Assembly: GCA_965197905.1 (NCBI GenBank) | Contig: CBDAOB010000003.1 | Span: forward strand, 448,001 to 512,000 | Origin: Candidatus Latescibacterota bacterium | GTDB lineage: Bacteria; Latescibacterota; UBA2968; UBA8231 | Direction: 5' to 3' | DNA: 64,000 bases | Part shown: positions 49,785 through 60,446 of the stretch, piece after piece | Layout of the letters: every line of letters begins with the position of its first letter | Numbering within the stretch: the first letter of the stretch is position 1 | The notes under the pieces: generated by a model | Databases searched by the model: none | What the model was told of the DNA's origin: nothing | What the model saw: only the letters and a program-made list of their open reading frames with translations | Position numbers and translations under genes: made by a program

Positions 49785-51963
49785 TCACGGTCCCAATTCC
49801 ACCAAAACCACCTCGTGAACATCCACCTGAGGCACGATGATCTCTGGGGGATCTCCGGACACCTGCAGTTCCACATTCTGCAGCGGCAACCTTGCCGATT
49901 CGGCCTTGTAGCCATTCAGCTGAATGCGCACATCGTAGATCGGATTTATTTCGTAGAGGGCGTGGTAGGTGGTTTGCAACTGATCGTAATCATCCCGCTC
50001 GTCCACATGCCATGGAAGCAGCGGCGTGGGATTGTTGAGCAGGTGGATCATCAGCTCACAGGAGGGACGCAATGCCGCCGTCATCTCGATCTGCTCCGGG
50101 GCCTCCACCTCTAGCGGTGGTTGGCTGCCGTGCGGCCAGAGCGGCCACGAATCTTCTGAGGGGCGGGTACGGGCTGTTCATGTACGCTCTCCCCACGTCG
50201 CCGGCGATGTAGATCGCCCGCCCCTCTCCGAAGGCGTGGGATGTCACCGTCGGTTGGGATGAATCATGCCTGGGGTCCGCATTGAGGTCGAACACGCCGG
50301 GATCATCGGCATTGCTGCGGGTACAGAGTATGTCGGTGTCGGAACCGGATGCGACCGCAGATTCCCGACCGCAGAAGCAGATGATTTGGTTCAGCTGTCG
50401 TTGCAGTTGCTCGTCGTGGAGTAGGTAGATGATCGGATGATCCTCGGGGCCGTCGGCCTCGCCCCCATATTCGACGCCCAAAACGTCCGCCAATCCGAAC
50501 TGCCCGCGCTCCTGGCCCCATTCGTCCAACAGCGAGGTCTGGTGGGTGGCGATCAAAGTTCCGCCCTGGTCCACGTAGCGACGAATGGCATCGCACTGCC
50601 TGTCCCCTAAACAGGCACTGTTTGCAAGAACTAGAACCCGATACTGCGACAGTCTATCGTCGGTGAGATGTTCGTCCAGGGCGATGTCCATCACCACATG
50701 GGACCGGTTCAGCATCTCGTAGGCCCCGTACACGTCGGGCTGACCCAACTGGTGATAATGAACCTGGCCGGTGTTCTTGGGAATCTCCGACGGTTTGAAG
50801 TCGCGGTTCATCTGCGAGTAGTGCAGCGCCAGATACTTGACCGTATCTCCCTCGATGTAATCGACCCGTCGTTTGAGCTCGAGGAACAGCTTCTTGATTG
50901 TGCCCTTGTGAACGAGGTTGGCATCTCCGAGAGGCGCACCGCACTGAGTGCCGCCATTGGCCAGCGCTGCCATGCAGCTGACCGCAGCTGAGTGCGATTC
51001 GGAGTAGGGGGCCGCGCCGAACCCCTTTAGACTCTGAGTAGTATTGCGAAACACGGAGAACGGCGTCCCGGTGGAGCGCAGAACCTTGGCGACGAAGCCC
51101 GGCTCCCGCAGGGTGCGAAAGGTCTCCACGAAGAAATGACCCCCGACTTCCTCTAGTCGCAATGAGCTCAACGGGTGCCCGTCAGACCAATCGGTTTGTG
51201 GGCGGAGGTAGGAATTCAAATCGAGGATGGCATCTGGGTGTTTCTCGTGGACGGCCGCGAACAGATGATGCATGAAGTCGATCATCTTCTCGTAGCGCCA
51301 GTTGACGAAACGCCGGAAAGTCATGGAGTCGAAGTCCACCTTGCGCGGGATCTCCAATCCTGTTTCGTTGCGGAAGAGCTCTTCACAGTAAGAACAGCAG
51401 CAGGAGGGCGTCCACGGCCGGTCAGCGTGAGTACCGAAGTTGGTGTCGTCGAAGTAGAAACCGTCCAGATCCAGGTTGTCCATGAATTCGATTAGATACG
51501 CCGGCAGCCAGTCCCGGTAGGGCGAGTTAAAGCAGAACCAGCCGAGGTTCTCCGGCTCTGGCCGGCCATCATCGATGAACCTCATCTGCCACTCGGGATG
51601 CAGCGGCAACAGAGGTTTTGTATAGATGATCGGATAGTAGCTTAGGGCGATGATCCCCTTCTCGTGAACGCGCTCGAGAAAGCGCGGCAGGAGATCGTTG
51701 TCCACATTCGGGTGTGGAGGCAGCATCTTCGAGTGGAAGCGCGGGGTCCCGCGGTTGAACTCACCACCGACGATACAGACTTCGAAGCCGGCGTCACTTA
51801 TGTTATCCACGTACTCATCAACCGTTGGGTCAGGAAACAACTGGCCCGGCATCGAGGGTTCCGGATAGTTCATCCAGAACCTCTTGCCTGCTTCCACGCG
51901 ACATACTCGTCGCTCGTACGGTAGTTCGGCCAACCTCTGGGCCGTACTTCCCACCCGTTTCAT
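49785..51963 (-). CDS. Glycoside-hydrolase-like protein (GHL6 + GH42M type), paralogue 3, frameshifted at about 50130
   Basis: ORF 50056-52020 follows paralogue 2 up to ...FVAALAA. A frame change gives GSQPPLEVEAPEQIEM..., which is ORF 49785-50108 and matches the paralogue 2 C-terminus. Confidence 0.78.
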
Positions 51964-52066
51964 TCCTGGTTCCCTCTCTTGCGCTCGGTTTCGGTAGCTG
52001 GCAACTGGCAGCGAATCCAATCTGGCTTTGTTGGGTGCAATCCCCGTCTACGGCAAACCAGGCGCA

Positions 52067-53068
52067 TCACGTTTGCGGAACCTCTACCAACTCCGATGCA
52101 GACATTCCGAAGTTGTGCATGTACAACTCGTGCAAGCGGTCGACATCTGAATCCGACAGAGGTGGAAGCTCGGCGGCACCTGCCAACTCTTCTATCTCGG
52201 CCACGTTCTTCGCCCCGCCGACAATTGTGTGCAGCTCGTCATTCATGAGGCAGAACAACATGGCCGCCTTCGTGGTGGTATCGACGGCATCGTGCAGCAG
52301 AAAATCGAGCTTCTTTACACTTTCCACCTCTAGAGCCGCTCTCGATCTAGGTTTTACAGTTCGATCCACGCTCGGCGTCAATCTGCCGCCTGCCAGCGGT
52401 TGGACAGATATGACGCCCAGGTTCATGGAGCGGATCAACGACAACAATTGACCGTAGTCGTGATACGGAAACCCGGACGGGGGCGGATCCTGCAGCGTCT
52501 GGTTCAACAGGTGGTACAGCGGCATGATCACATCGAATTCACCGCTTTCCAATATTCGCTTGACACTTGAGACCTGACGGAAAACGCTGGGAATGCCAAT
52601 GAAGCGTACCTTGCCGATCTCTTGGACCGTGCGAAAAGCAGCCAGCACCGGACCCAGCACATCCTCGACGGTGAGCGAATACGGCTCCTGGTCGCGAATC
52701 GCCGTGAACTGGTTGTGGATCAGCAGGACGTCGATGACCTCGGTGTGCAATCGCTGCAGAGAAGCGTCCACCCAACCGCTCACGAAGCCGTCGATATCTT
52801 CGAGATCAAATGGCCGAAAATCTACCTTTGAGCAGATGATGGCTTCGTCCCGGCGCCCTTCGAGAGCAAGTCCCAGCACGGTCTCGGCTTCCCCGTCGCC
52901 ATAGCAATAACAGGCGTCGAAGAAATTGATGCCGAGATCGAGAGCGCGTTGCACAGTCCTGATGGCTTCAGGCCTGGTAGTGTGACCGAACATCTGGGCT
53001 ATACCTCCACCGCCGAGCCCGATTCTCGAAACTCTCAGTCCGGTGCGGCCGAGCGTCGCATATTTCAT
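52067..53068 (-). CDS. Aldo/keto reductase
   Basis: LGRTGLRVSRIGLG, GINFFD.A..YG.G.AE, SK, SLQRL...ID...IH, GKVRFIG and PLAGG motifs. Confidence 0.9.
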   Translation of the reverse strand: MKYATLGRTGLRVSRIGLGGGGIAQMFGHTTRPEAIRTVQRALDLGINFFDACYCYGDGEAETVLGLALEGRRDEAIICSKVDFRPFDLEDIDGFVSGWVDASLQRLHTEVIDVLLIHNQFTAIRDQEPYSLTVEDVLGPVLAAFRTVQEIGKVRFIGIPSVFRQVSSVKRILESGEFDVIMPLYHLLNQTLQDPPPSGFPYHDYGQLLSLIRSMNLGVISVQPLAGGRLTPSVDRTVKPRSRAALEVESVKKLDFLLHDAVDTTTKAAMLFCLMNDELHTIVGGAKNVAEIEELAGAAELPPLSDSDVDRLHELYMHNFGMSASELVEVPQT

Positions 53069-53266
53069 CTGCGCTCCTCTGCGCTTGTCAGCACCGACGT
53101 GAACCCGGCGTGACGGCTCCCCCGGAAGCTAACAATTGTGCAGGGCGGCCGAAACGGCTCGCCGGGTTGATTGCCTGCCGATGCGTGGCACATTTGAACC
53201 TCGATGCGATGACGGTCGGAGTCTGAGAAGGTTGCGTGGATCAAGACCTCCAACATTGTCAGGAGG

Positions 53267-54037
53267 ATGGAAGTGCATCGATTTGCGGACAAGTACATTC
53301 TTGTGACCGGCGGCGCTATGGGGATAGGCAGAGCCACCGCTGAAAGGCTTTCCGTTGAAGGAGCCTCAGTTCTGATTGCCGACATAAACGAGATCGTCGG
53401 AGCACAGACGGTTGCCGCAATTAACGCCAAAGGTGCCAACGCCCAGTTTTTTCAGGTCGATCTCTCTCGAGAAGAGTCCATAGTCGCGCTTGGAAAAGCG
53501 GTTCACGATCGCACTCCTAATCTTCATGGCCTGGTAAACTGCGCAGGGATATACCGCACTGGCTCGATCGCCGACACCGGCGACGCCGACTGGCAGCGGC
53601 AGATCGATATCAATCTGCGGGCCCCGGCATTGTGCATCCGGGAACTGCTGCCTCTGCTGAAGGGGGGACCCGGCCACATCGTCAATCTCTCTTCCGAAGG
53701 TGCATTTCGTCCTTACGGGGAGCGCTGGGTCTACGATGCCACCAAGGCGGGCATCATAGCGTTGACTCGAAATTGTGCCTCCGAGCTGGTGGAGTTCGGC
53801 ATTCGTGCCAACGCGGTTGCTCCGGGCTGGACGGTGACCGAGATGCATTTCGGCGATGCACCTGATCCAGCTGCCCGAAAGAAGGAGCTGGAGGAGTACG
53901 ACATGAAGGGGGCCGTCATGCGCCGCCTGGGAAGACCGGAGGAGATCGCTGCGGCGATCGTTTTTCTCCTCAGTGACGATGCCTCGTATATTACCGCCAC
54001 CACCTTGCATGTTGATGGCGGCAGGGTCGCCCATTGA
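53267..54037 (+). CDS. SDR family oxidoreductase
   Basis: TGGAMGIG, NCAG, YDATK, NAVAPG, RLGRPEEIA and VDGG motifs. Confidence 0.92.
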   Translation: MEVHRFADKYILVTGGAMGIGRATAERLSVEGASVLIADINEIVGAQTVAAINAKGANAQFFQVDLSREESIVALGKAVHDRTPNLHGLVNCAGIYRTGSIADTGDADWQRQIDINLRAPALCIRELLPLLKGGPGHIVNLSSEGAFRPYGERWVYDATKAGIIALTRNCASELVEFGIRANAVAPGWTVTEMHFGDAPDPAARKKELEEYDMKGAVMRRLGRPEEIAAAIVFLLSDDASYITATTLHVDGGRVAH

Positions 54038-54061
54038 TTCCACAGATTTGGAGGAATTTTG

Positions 54062-55168
54062 ATGTCCAAGGTTGCAGGTTTGAAACATGGCATGTTCGTC
54101 ATGCCGATTCACGATCCCAGCAAACCGATGGCTCAGTGCTTCGACGAAGACCTGGAACTTGCGGTCCAATGCGAACAACTTGGATTCAGCGATTTCTGGG
54201 TTGGAGAACACCACTCATCGAGCTATGAGAACATCGTCATGCCCGAGATCTTTCTCGGCAAAGTCCTGGGCATCACCGATTCGATTCGCGTAGGTCCGGC
54301 GCCGGTCTGTTTGCAGTATCACAATCCGGTACACGTGGCCGGGCGTCTCGCATTCCTGGACCACCTCTCCCATGGCCGTTTGAATGTCTGTTTCGGTCCG
54401 GGAGCCGTGCCGACGGATATGGAGGTGTACGGTGTCGATCCCAAGGAAACCGGTGCCCGCATCGGCGAAGCGATCGACATGATCATGAAGATCTGGTCCA
54501 GCGATCCTCCCTACGACATCGACGGCAGGTTCTGGCAGGTGCACCTGAGCAAGACCGTGGATGCTGAAATGGGCATTGGCGGATTGCAGAAACCGTTGCA
54601 ACAGCCGCATCCGCCGATCTACGTGCCCAGCATCAGTCGCGCCTCGAAGGGACTAGAGGCGGCCGCCGCTAGTGGTTTTATGCCCATCAGCCATCACATG
54701 GTTCACACCGAGGTGCTCGCGGATCAGTGGAAGACCTATTCGAATGCAGCGGAATCCGCCGGCCGCGAAGCGGACCCCTCCACCTGGAGCGTCGCGCGCA
54801 ATATATACGTTGCCGATACCACGGAGGAAGCAAAGAAGAGGGCACGCGGCAACTCGCTCGGTGCTTGTATCCAATACATCCTAGACTTGACCGGACGCGC
54901 TTCCCCGATCGGGATCAGCATGTGGAAACCTTGGGAAGACATGACCGACGACGGCTGCAACCTGGACTATTTCATGGACGAGGTTGTGATCGCCGGCGAC
55001 CCGGAGACGGTCACCCGCGAGATCATCGAGTTGCGGGAGCAGATCGGCCCTTTTGGCACTCTGGTCCACGTCGCGCACGACTGGGACGATCGCGAAGGGT
55101 GGCTGCGAAGCCTCCAGTTGTTCGCGGACGAGGTTGCGCCGGCGGTGGACCGCGCCATCGCCGCTTGA
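54062..55168 (+). CDS. LLM class flavin-dependent oxidoreductase (paralogue of 31579-32691)
   Basis: GMFVMPIH, WVGEHH, LDHLSHGR and KPLQQPHPPI motifs. Confidence 0.9.
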   Translation: MSKVAGLKHGMFVMPIHDPSKPMAQCFDEDLELAVQCEQLGFSDFWVGEHHSSSYENIVMPEIFLGKVLGITDSIRVGPAPVCLQYHNPVHVAGRLAFLDHLSHGRLNVCFGPGAVPTDMEVYGVDPKETGARIGEAIDMIMKIWSSDPPYDIDGRFWQVHLSKTVDAEMGIGGLQKPLQQPHPPIYVPSISRASKGLEAAAASGFMPISHHMVHTEVLADQWKTYSNAAESAGREADPSTWSVARNIYVADTTEEAKKRARGNSLGACIQYILDLTGRASPIGISMWKPWEDMTDDGCNLDYFMDEVVIAGDPETVTREIIELREQIGPFGTLVHVAHDWDDREGWLRSLQLFADEVAPAVDRAIAA

Positions 55169-55296
55169 CGGAGGGTGGCTTCTAGGGATGACCAAATTGG
55201 GCCGCAGCTAACCTGGAAACCAACCTTTGGTGCGCTGGCAGATCCGCACCAGCATCACATCACCGGCACCTCGAGGGAAGACCCTATTCCTCTTTT

Positions 55297-56793
55297 TCAC
55301 CGGAACTGGAACGAAAAGACATCTGCGTCCTTCAATTCGAACTTCAGCCGTACTGGCTGGCCTGCCAGAGCGCTGACATCCGCGCCTCCCGCCCACGATA
55401 CGGTACGCTCCAACTGGTCGCCGTACTGGAGATGGCAATCCTCGAGGGAGAAGCCGGGGATTGCCTGTCCCCGCTCGTTCTGGATCTCGACTCGAACGCG
55501 GCCACCGGCCGAGCTGGAAAAGTTGATGTTCAGCTGCCGGCCGCTGAAGGTGAGCAGCCGGGTCACAACCGATCCGCCGGAAAGCGGTGCGTAGATCGAG
55601 CCAAAGCCGTCGAGCCTCAAGGTGTAACGACGCAGACTGCCAGGGCCGTCTCGATGCTCAGCCTCAGTGATGTAGAATGACAGCTCGGGCGGTGCACTCT
55701 CGTACCGCGACGCGGTTTCCACCAGCCCCCATGCGTTCCACGTATCGCCGTAATACCAACTCCCGGGACGTTGGATACCGGGGCGTACGAACGCGTGCGG
55801 CCACACGAAGAATCTCCGACCGTTGCGACTGGCCATGAACAGCACGTCGGTAACCACCGTGCCCTCCCGCGTTGGTCGTCCCCCCTTTACATCGAGATCG
55901 GCCAATTCCCGTCGACGCCCCCGATCCGGCAGCACGTCAGTGGAGGCGGTCCATCCGCGATCGACATAGCGATGCGGAAACCCCAGCAGCAGATGGGGCG
56001 CCCGATGGTAGGCGAGTACGCCATTGCAATAGACCTGATGGTGGTCCCCGGTAGGATCGTCGGTTTGATCCAGCTCCGGCGAACCGCTGCGGCTGGGGTC
56101 GTAGTCAATCCATTCCGGCTCACTCCAATCGATGAAATTCTCCGAGACCGAGGTACGCACATCACGTCCCTCGGGAATCTTCGGATCGTCCCGGCGGTGA
56201 GCCCGCCAGTAGGCGCGGTACACCCCGCTGAATTCATCCCAGAAAATTAGATTCTGCGAATCGAAGTTTCCCGGGAAAGCCAACGGCTTTTCTCCGAGCT
56301 TCTCCCAGTGAATCCCGTCGGGTGAGACAAGCGCCCACAACCCCTCGCTTTTCCACTTCACGCCCCCGACTGCCTTGTAGCGTTGATCGCCTTTGCAGTC
56401 TGGATGCTCGTCCAGAAATGGGGTCAGATTATGAGAGATCACGCCGCGATAGAGGATGTTGTTTGCCTTTGAGCCTTCGTACTCGATCAAGCACAGTTCC
56501 GGCTTGTGCCAATGGATTCCGTCGTCGCTTTCGGCATAACAGGTGACCTGACGCTCATCGGCGTCTTCGGTGCCACCCAGTGGCATCGCACGATAGTACA
56601 TGCGGTAGCGGTCGCCGTCCTGAAAGACCGTGGGATACCCCGGTGCGTGCCCTTCCCAGGAGGCATCGCAGTGCACCGCTGTCTCTTGCGGTTGCGGCTG
56701 ATGCAACGACAGCTGCGCATCTTCCAAGCGATCGATCAAGGTGGGATCGACGAACAGTTCGCGGCGATCTGCGATGGCCAAAATCTCACTCAT
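55297..56793 (-). CDS. Hypothetical beta-propeller glycoside-hydrolase-like protein (Asp-box repeats)
   Basis: RELFVD, YRMYY, Asp-boxes ESDDGIHW / SPDGIHW / SRNGRRF, FDSQN and LRLDGF...FSFQF. Start trimmed to MSEILAI. Confidence 0.7.
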   Translation of the reverse strand: MSEILAIADRRELFVDPTLIDRLEDAQLSLHQPQPQETAVHCDASWEGHAPGYPTVFQDGDRYRMYYRAMPLGGTEDADERQVTCYAESDDGIHWHKPELCLIEYEGSKANNILYRGVISHNLTPFLDEHPDCKGDQRYKAVGGVKWKSEGLWALVSPDGIHWEKLGEKPLAFPGNFDSQNLIFWDEFSGVYRAYWRAHRRDDPKIPEGRDVRTSVSENFIDWSEPEWIDYDPSRSGSPELDQTDDPTGDHHQVYCNGVLAYHRAPHLLLGFPHRYVDRGWTASTDVLPDRGRRRELADLDVKGGRPTREGTVVTDVLFMASRNGRRFFVWPHAFVRPGIQRPGSWYYGDTWNAWGLVETASRYESAPPELSFYITEAEHRDGPGSLRRYTLRLDGFGSIYAPLSGGSVVTRLLTFSGRQLNINFSSSAGGRVRVEIQNERGQAIPGFSLEDCHLQYGDQLERTVSWAGGADVSALAGQPVRLKFELKDADVFSFQFR

Positions 56794-56807
56794 AGGTTCT
56801 CCCCTCT

Positions 56808-58592
56808 TCATCCTATCCATATCGGTGAGGACCAGGCCGATTCCCGGTCCACTTGAACCACCCGGACATAATAGTAGGCCCCCGTCTCCCCCGGTGATTC
56901 CGGATCTTTCCACTGCAGCGAATAATCGCGTTCACCGTGGGCAAAATCGGTAACCACCGTTCGTCCGTTCTTGGCAATGCGGACATGATCGATACCGTTG
57001 GTGCCGCGGCATTCTATCTCCAGTTCCGGCTTGCGGTCCGCTTGAAAAGCCCTCAGTTCCGAGCCCATCTCTTCGCCGTCCAGGTTGAATCTCAGAGCAA
57101 TCGGTACACCGGTAGTGCCGTAACACCGTCGGTCTCGCAGAGCCGTGAATACGGCGTCTCGCGTGAGCTCCGTCGCCATCACCGCCGCCCGACCACTTCC
57201 GAGCAAGTGGAACACATATTGATGCCGGTCGATCCGCCCCTGCGCATTCCCCGGATGCCCGTCGTGCCCGTCCGACGAAGCGATCATGCCCAAACGCAAC
57301 CCTCGGTCGAGGGCCTCCCGCACGTACAGTGAGGGAAAGCGATCGGCCAGACCGCGGGGCACGTCGCCGTAATATTCGCTCGATCCCCATCCGGAATACA
57401 CCTCCACTAGACGGTCGTACTTCGGATTGTAGGTGTCCCAATTGAAGGGGTGCGTCGCCGCTGAGGTGTGATGGGGCACCGAGATGAACTCGGTACCGTT
57501 CGCCTCGAGTGCGCTCCAGAGTTCTTCCGGTGTATGGGTCTTTGCTGGATCGAGCGTCAAACGTCCCCATGGTTTGATACAGTTGAAAACGCTGCCCGAG
57601 GATTCGCGAAAGTGAATGTTACGGTGACCAAAGTTTAGATTGGTGAACTCGTAGCCGGGAATGCAGACGAAATCTCCGGGCTCCTCGTATTCGTCGGAAA
57701 GGGACAGATACTCTTCGATCCGTCCGGGATCCAGCTGCCATTCGTGCTCCGTCAACCCGTAGAAGTCAAGCGCTCCCGCGCCACGGGCGTACTCGAAGTT
57801 GCTTCGCCGCGTACCGCCGCCGCAACCCTCATCACCTTCCACCGCCAGCACCTGCGCCGAATGGGTGTGGATATCGCCAAGGTAGATATTGTGTCCCCCG
57901 ATGCGAGTGACGCCGCCGGAAGCAAGCAGCTCGACGGCACGGTAGAGATCGGTGTACATCAGGTCGGGACCCGTACCCAGCTGAAACCATCTCGTCGAGT
58001 CGTATTCACCTTTCGCCTCGACCCTGAGGATCGCTGGAGATCCGTTCGTCGTCCACGATCTCGGCACGGAAAGCAACGCCGGTCCGAAGGTAGCGACGCT
58101 TTCGTCTCTTATGATCGAGCTGATGGTCATGGAACAGTACGGTGGAGCCGCACAGATGCGGTTGGCCGAAAACGCCAACTGGCACTCGCCGGTCCGCCAG
58201 AGCTGGTCGTGGTTGACCACCCGGATCGACAGGGCGAAGCGGTCGTTGCAGTAGACATCCCAACGGCCCGTCGCCTGCGGCAACGGCGAACCGTTACCGA
58301 ATCCGATGGACAGGAGGAACGCCACCCGGTCGCACTGGCCGTCGATGACAGGGTCGGTCTTCCAGGTCACTCCCCGGTGGGCGTTGATCCCCAACTTCCA
58401 CTCCCCGAACCCGTAGTCTTCCATGAATCCGGAGGTGCGAACGCCGGCGCCTTCTAAATCTCCGGGATCGACCATCTCACCGAATCCGGCTACTAGGTCG
58501 CTATCGCTGCGCTTGGCGACGTAACTCCGAAGTTGCTCAGCAGTTACGCGGTGTCCCGGCCCCTGATGATAAGCATCGCGGTGTACGGTCAT
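56808..58592 (-). CDS. PHP-fold metallohydrolase (DUF3604 / CehA-McbA-like)
   Basis: GDIHTHS, LDFYGLTEH, GYE...GHRN, PHH, EVYS.WG, ASSDGHDGHPG and YYYVRV.Q...AWSSPIW motifs. Confidence 0.8.
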   Translation of the reverse strand: MTVHRDAYHQGPGHRVTAEQLRSYVAKRSDSDLVAGFGEMVDPGDLEGAGVRTSGFMEDYGFGEWKLGINAHRGVTWKTDPVIDGQCDRVAFLLSIGFGNGSPLPQATGRWDVYCNDRFALSIRVVNHDQLWRTGECQLAFSANRICAAPPYCSMTISSIIRDESVATFGPALLSVPRSWTTNGSPAILRVEAKGEYDSTRWFQLGTGPDLMYTDLYRAVELLASGGVTRIGGHNIYLGDIHTHSAQVLAVEGDEGCGGGTRRSNFEYARGAGALDFYGLTEHEWQLDPGRIEEYLSLSDEYEEPGDFVCIPGYEFTNLNFGHRNIHFRESSGSVFNCIKPWGRLTLDPAKTHTPEELWSALEANGTEFISVPHHTSAATHPFNWDTYNPKYDRLVEVYSGWGSSEYYGDVPRGLADRFPSLYVREALDRGLRLGMIASSDGHDGHPGNAQGRIDRHQYVFHLLGSGRAAVMATELTRDAVFTALRDRRCYGTTGVPIALRFNLDGEEMGSELRAFQADRKPELEIECRGTNGIDHVRIAKNGRTVVTDFAHGERDYSLQWKDPESPGETGAYYYVRVVQVDRESAWSSPIWIG

Positions 58593-58724
58593 ATAGGTCT
58601 ATCGGGCTTGGCGTGGACATTATGTCCAGTGGCTAATATAGGCGGCTATTATCTAGGGTATAGCGACCCATTGAGATCGGAGTTCACCGAACCGCGATTG
58701 GCCAAGAAAACCTTTGCTTCCCTG

Positions 58725-58777
58725 TTGACACCCTTCGCATATGTGCTATATTATCAGTGTACTCATTACGTAGTACA
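58725..58777 (+). promoter_or_regulatory. Sigma70 promoter plus YtrA-type GntR operator
   Basis: TTGACA (58725-58730), extended -10 TGcTATATT (58744-58752), and palindrome TGTACT-N8-AGTACA (58758-58777). Confidence 0.75.
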
Positions 58778-58806
58778 GTAGGTCACTCAGATACAGGGAA
58801 GAGGAA

Positions 58807-59643
58807 ATGATCTGCATCGATCAACTCAATTTTGGCTACGGGGGGGCGCACCTATTCGACCGGCTGAGCTTGAACCTGAAGCCCGGAACCATCTATGGGC
58901 TACTTGGCAAGAATGGAGCCGGCAAGACCACCCTCCTCAAGATCATCGCCGGCCTGCTAACTCCAAGGGCAGGCACCGTTTCGGTCTTTGGCCAGGACGC
59001 ACGGAAGCGTCATTCTGACCTCCTGGCCGATCTCTTTCTCGTGCCAGAGGAGTTCTACACTCCGGCTCTGACCGTGCAACAATATCAAAAGGTTTGGGGC
59101 GGCTTTTATCCGCGTTTCGACAGACAGGCCTTCGACCGCCAACTCGATGAATTCCAGATCGACCAGAAGTCCAGCTTGCCCAGTATGAGCTACGGTCAAA
59201 AGAAGAAAGCGCTGCTGGCTTTCGCGATCGCGACAAACTGCCGGCTGGTGCTCCTGGATGAACCGACCAACGGTCTGGACATCCCGGCAAAACGGCAGTT
59301 CCGCCGTTTGGTCGCCGGCGCGGTCGACGAGCAGCGGACGTTTGTCGTGTCCACTCACCAGGTGCGTGACATGGAAGGTTTGATCGACCCGGTCGTGATC
59401 ATCGATGGAGGACGTATTGTGCTCGATGCGGGGCTCGACCAATTGGCAAGGTCGATACGCATAGACACCGGCGTCGACGTTCCCCCGCCGGATGCGATCT
59501 ATGTGGAAGAAGGTATTTCCGGACACACTGTAGTGCTGCCCAACAACAGCGAAGCGGAAGGACATGTCGATCTCGAAGTGTTGTTCAACGCGGCAACCAC
59601 CAATTCCGGGGGTCTGGCCGCACAGATCGGGGAGGTGAAATAA
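58807..59643 (+). CDS. ABC transporter ATP-binding protein (YtrB-like)
   Basis: GKNGAGKTT, MSYGQKK, LLDEPTNGLD and STH motifs. Confidence 0.93.
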   Translation: MICIDQLNFGYGGAHLFDRLSLNLKPGTIYGLLGKNGAGKTTLLKIIAGLLTPRAGTVSVFGQDARKRHSDLLADLFLVPEEFYTPALTVQQYQKVWGGFYPRFDRQAFDRQLDEFQIDQKSSLPSMSYGQKKKALLAFAIATNCRLVLLDEPTNGLDIPAKRQFRRLVAGAVDEQRTFVVSTHQVRDMEGLIDPVVIIDGGRIVLDAGLDQLARSIRIDTGVDVPPPDAIYVEEGISGHTVVLPNNSEAEGHVDLEVLFNAATTNSGGLAAQIGEVK

Positions 59644-60446
59644 TGAGCATCGCGACTGTTTCCGACCGCCCTTTCTTCGAACGACACTTCTCGCCAGGCC
59701 GATGGATGAAGCTTCTCCGCGCCGATCTCGTCCAGTACAAGAGCAGCATGTCTATCGCCGCAATGGCGGTTTTTGGTGCCGCCCTGTTGATGCTGGTCGC
59801 ACTGGCACCGACAGCGGGACGTTGGCAGCCACATGAGATATTCATCCCTGCTATCCTTTACCTAGGGGGATTGGTTGTAATCAGCTACAGCTTCGTCGAG
59901 CTCGGCGATCCGGTGCGACGCTCGGCTTACCTGCTCGTGCCTGCTTCTGCCCTCGAAAAAGTAACGGCGCGACTGGCGCTGACCCTGGTGGCGTTTCCAG
60001 TAGCGGGACTGACGCTCTATTGGGCCACTTCGCTCGTTGGAGCCGGACTCGGCGGTTTGATTTGGGACGAATCATTTGGTGTCTACAACCCCTTCACCGA
60101 AGAGACCTGGCAACTGCTGGCTGTATACCCGATGGTGCATTCTGTGTTCTTTCTGGGGGCGGTCTGGTTTCGAAAAGCTACAGTCTCAAAAACCATCCTG
60201 GCCGTCGTCCTGGCACAGATTGGGCTCGCCATCGTCACCGCGCTCATCTTTCGCGTAGTCTTCTTCGACTTCTTCCACGGGTTGAGTTTTGAGCCCTCGA
60301 AGGAATTCCGGCTGAACGTCACCGATGCCGGTTGGCTGACGTCAGACCTTTCTGCCCAGATCGGCAAGGTCTTCACCCATCTCCTGTTTGGCCCGTGGTT
60401 GTGGGTAATCGCCTACCTCCGTCTTGCAGATACGGAGAGCCGCTGA
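59643..60446 (+). CDS. ABC-2-type permease-like membrane protein
   Basis: About six TM segments, LLVPASALEK; translationally coupled to the ATPase. Confidence 0.8.
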   Translation: MSIATVSDRPFFERHFSPGRWMKLLRADLVQYKSSMSIAAMAVFGAALLMLVALAPTAGRWQPHEIFIPAILYLGGLVVISYSFVELGDPVRRSAYLLVPASALEKVTARLALTLVAFPVAGLTLYWATSLVGAGLGGLIWDESFGVYNPFTEETWQLLAVYPMVHSVFFLGAVWFRKATVSKTILAVVLAQIGLAIVTALIFRVVFFDFFHGLSFEPSKEFRLNVTDAGWLTSDLSAQIGKVFTHLLFGPWLWVIAYLRLADTESR

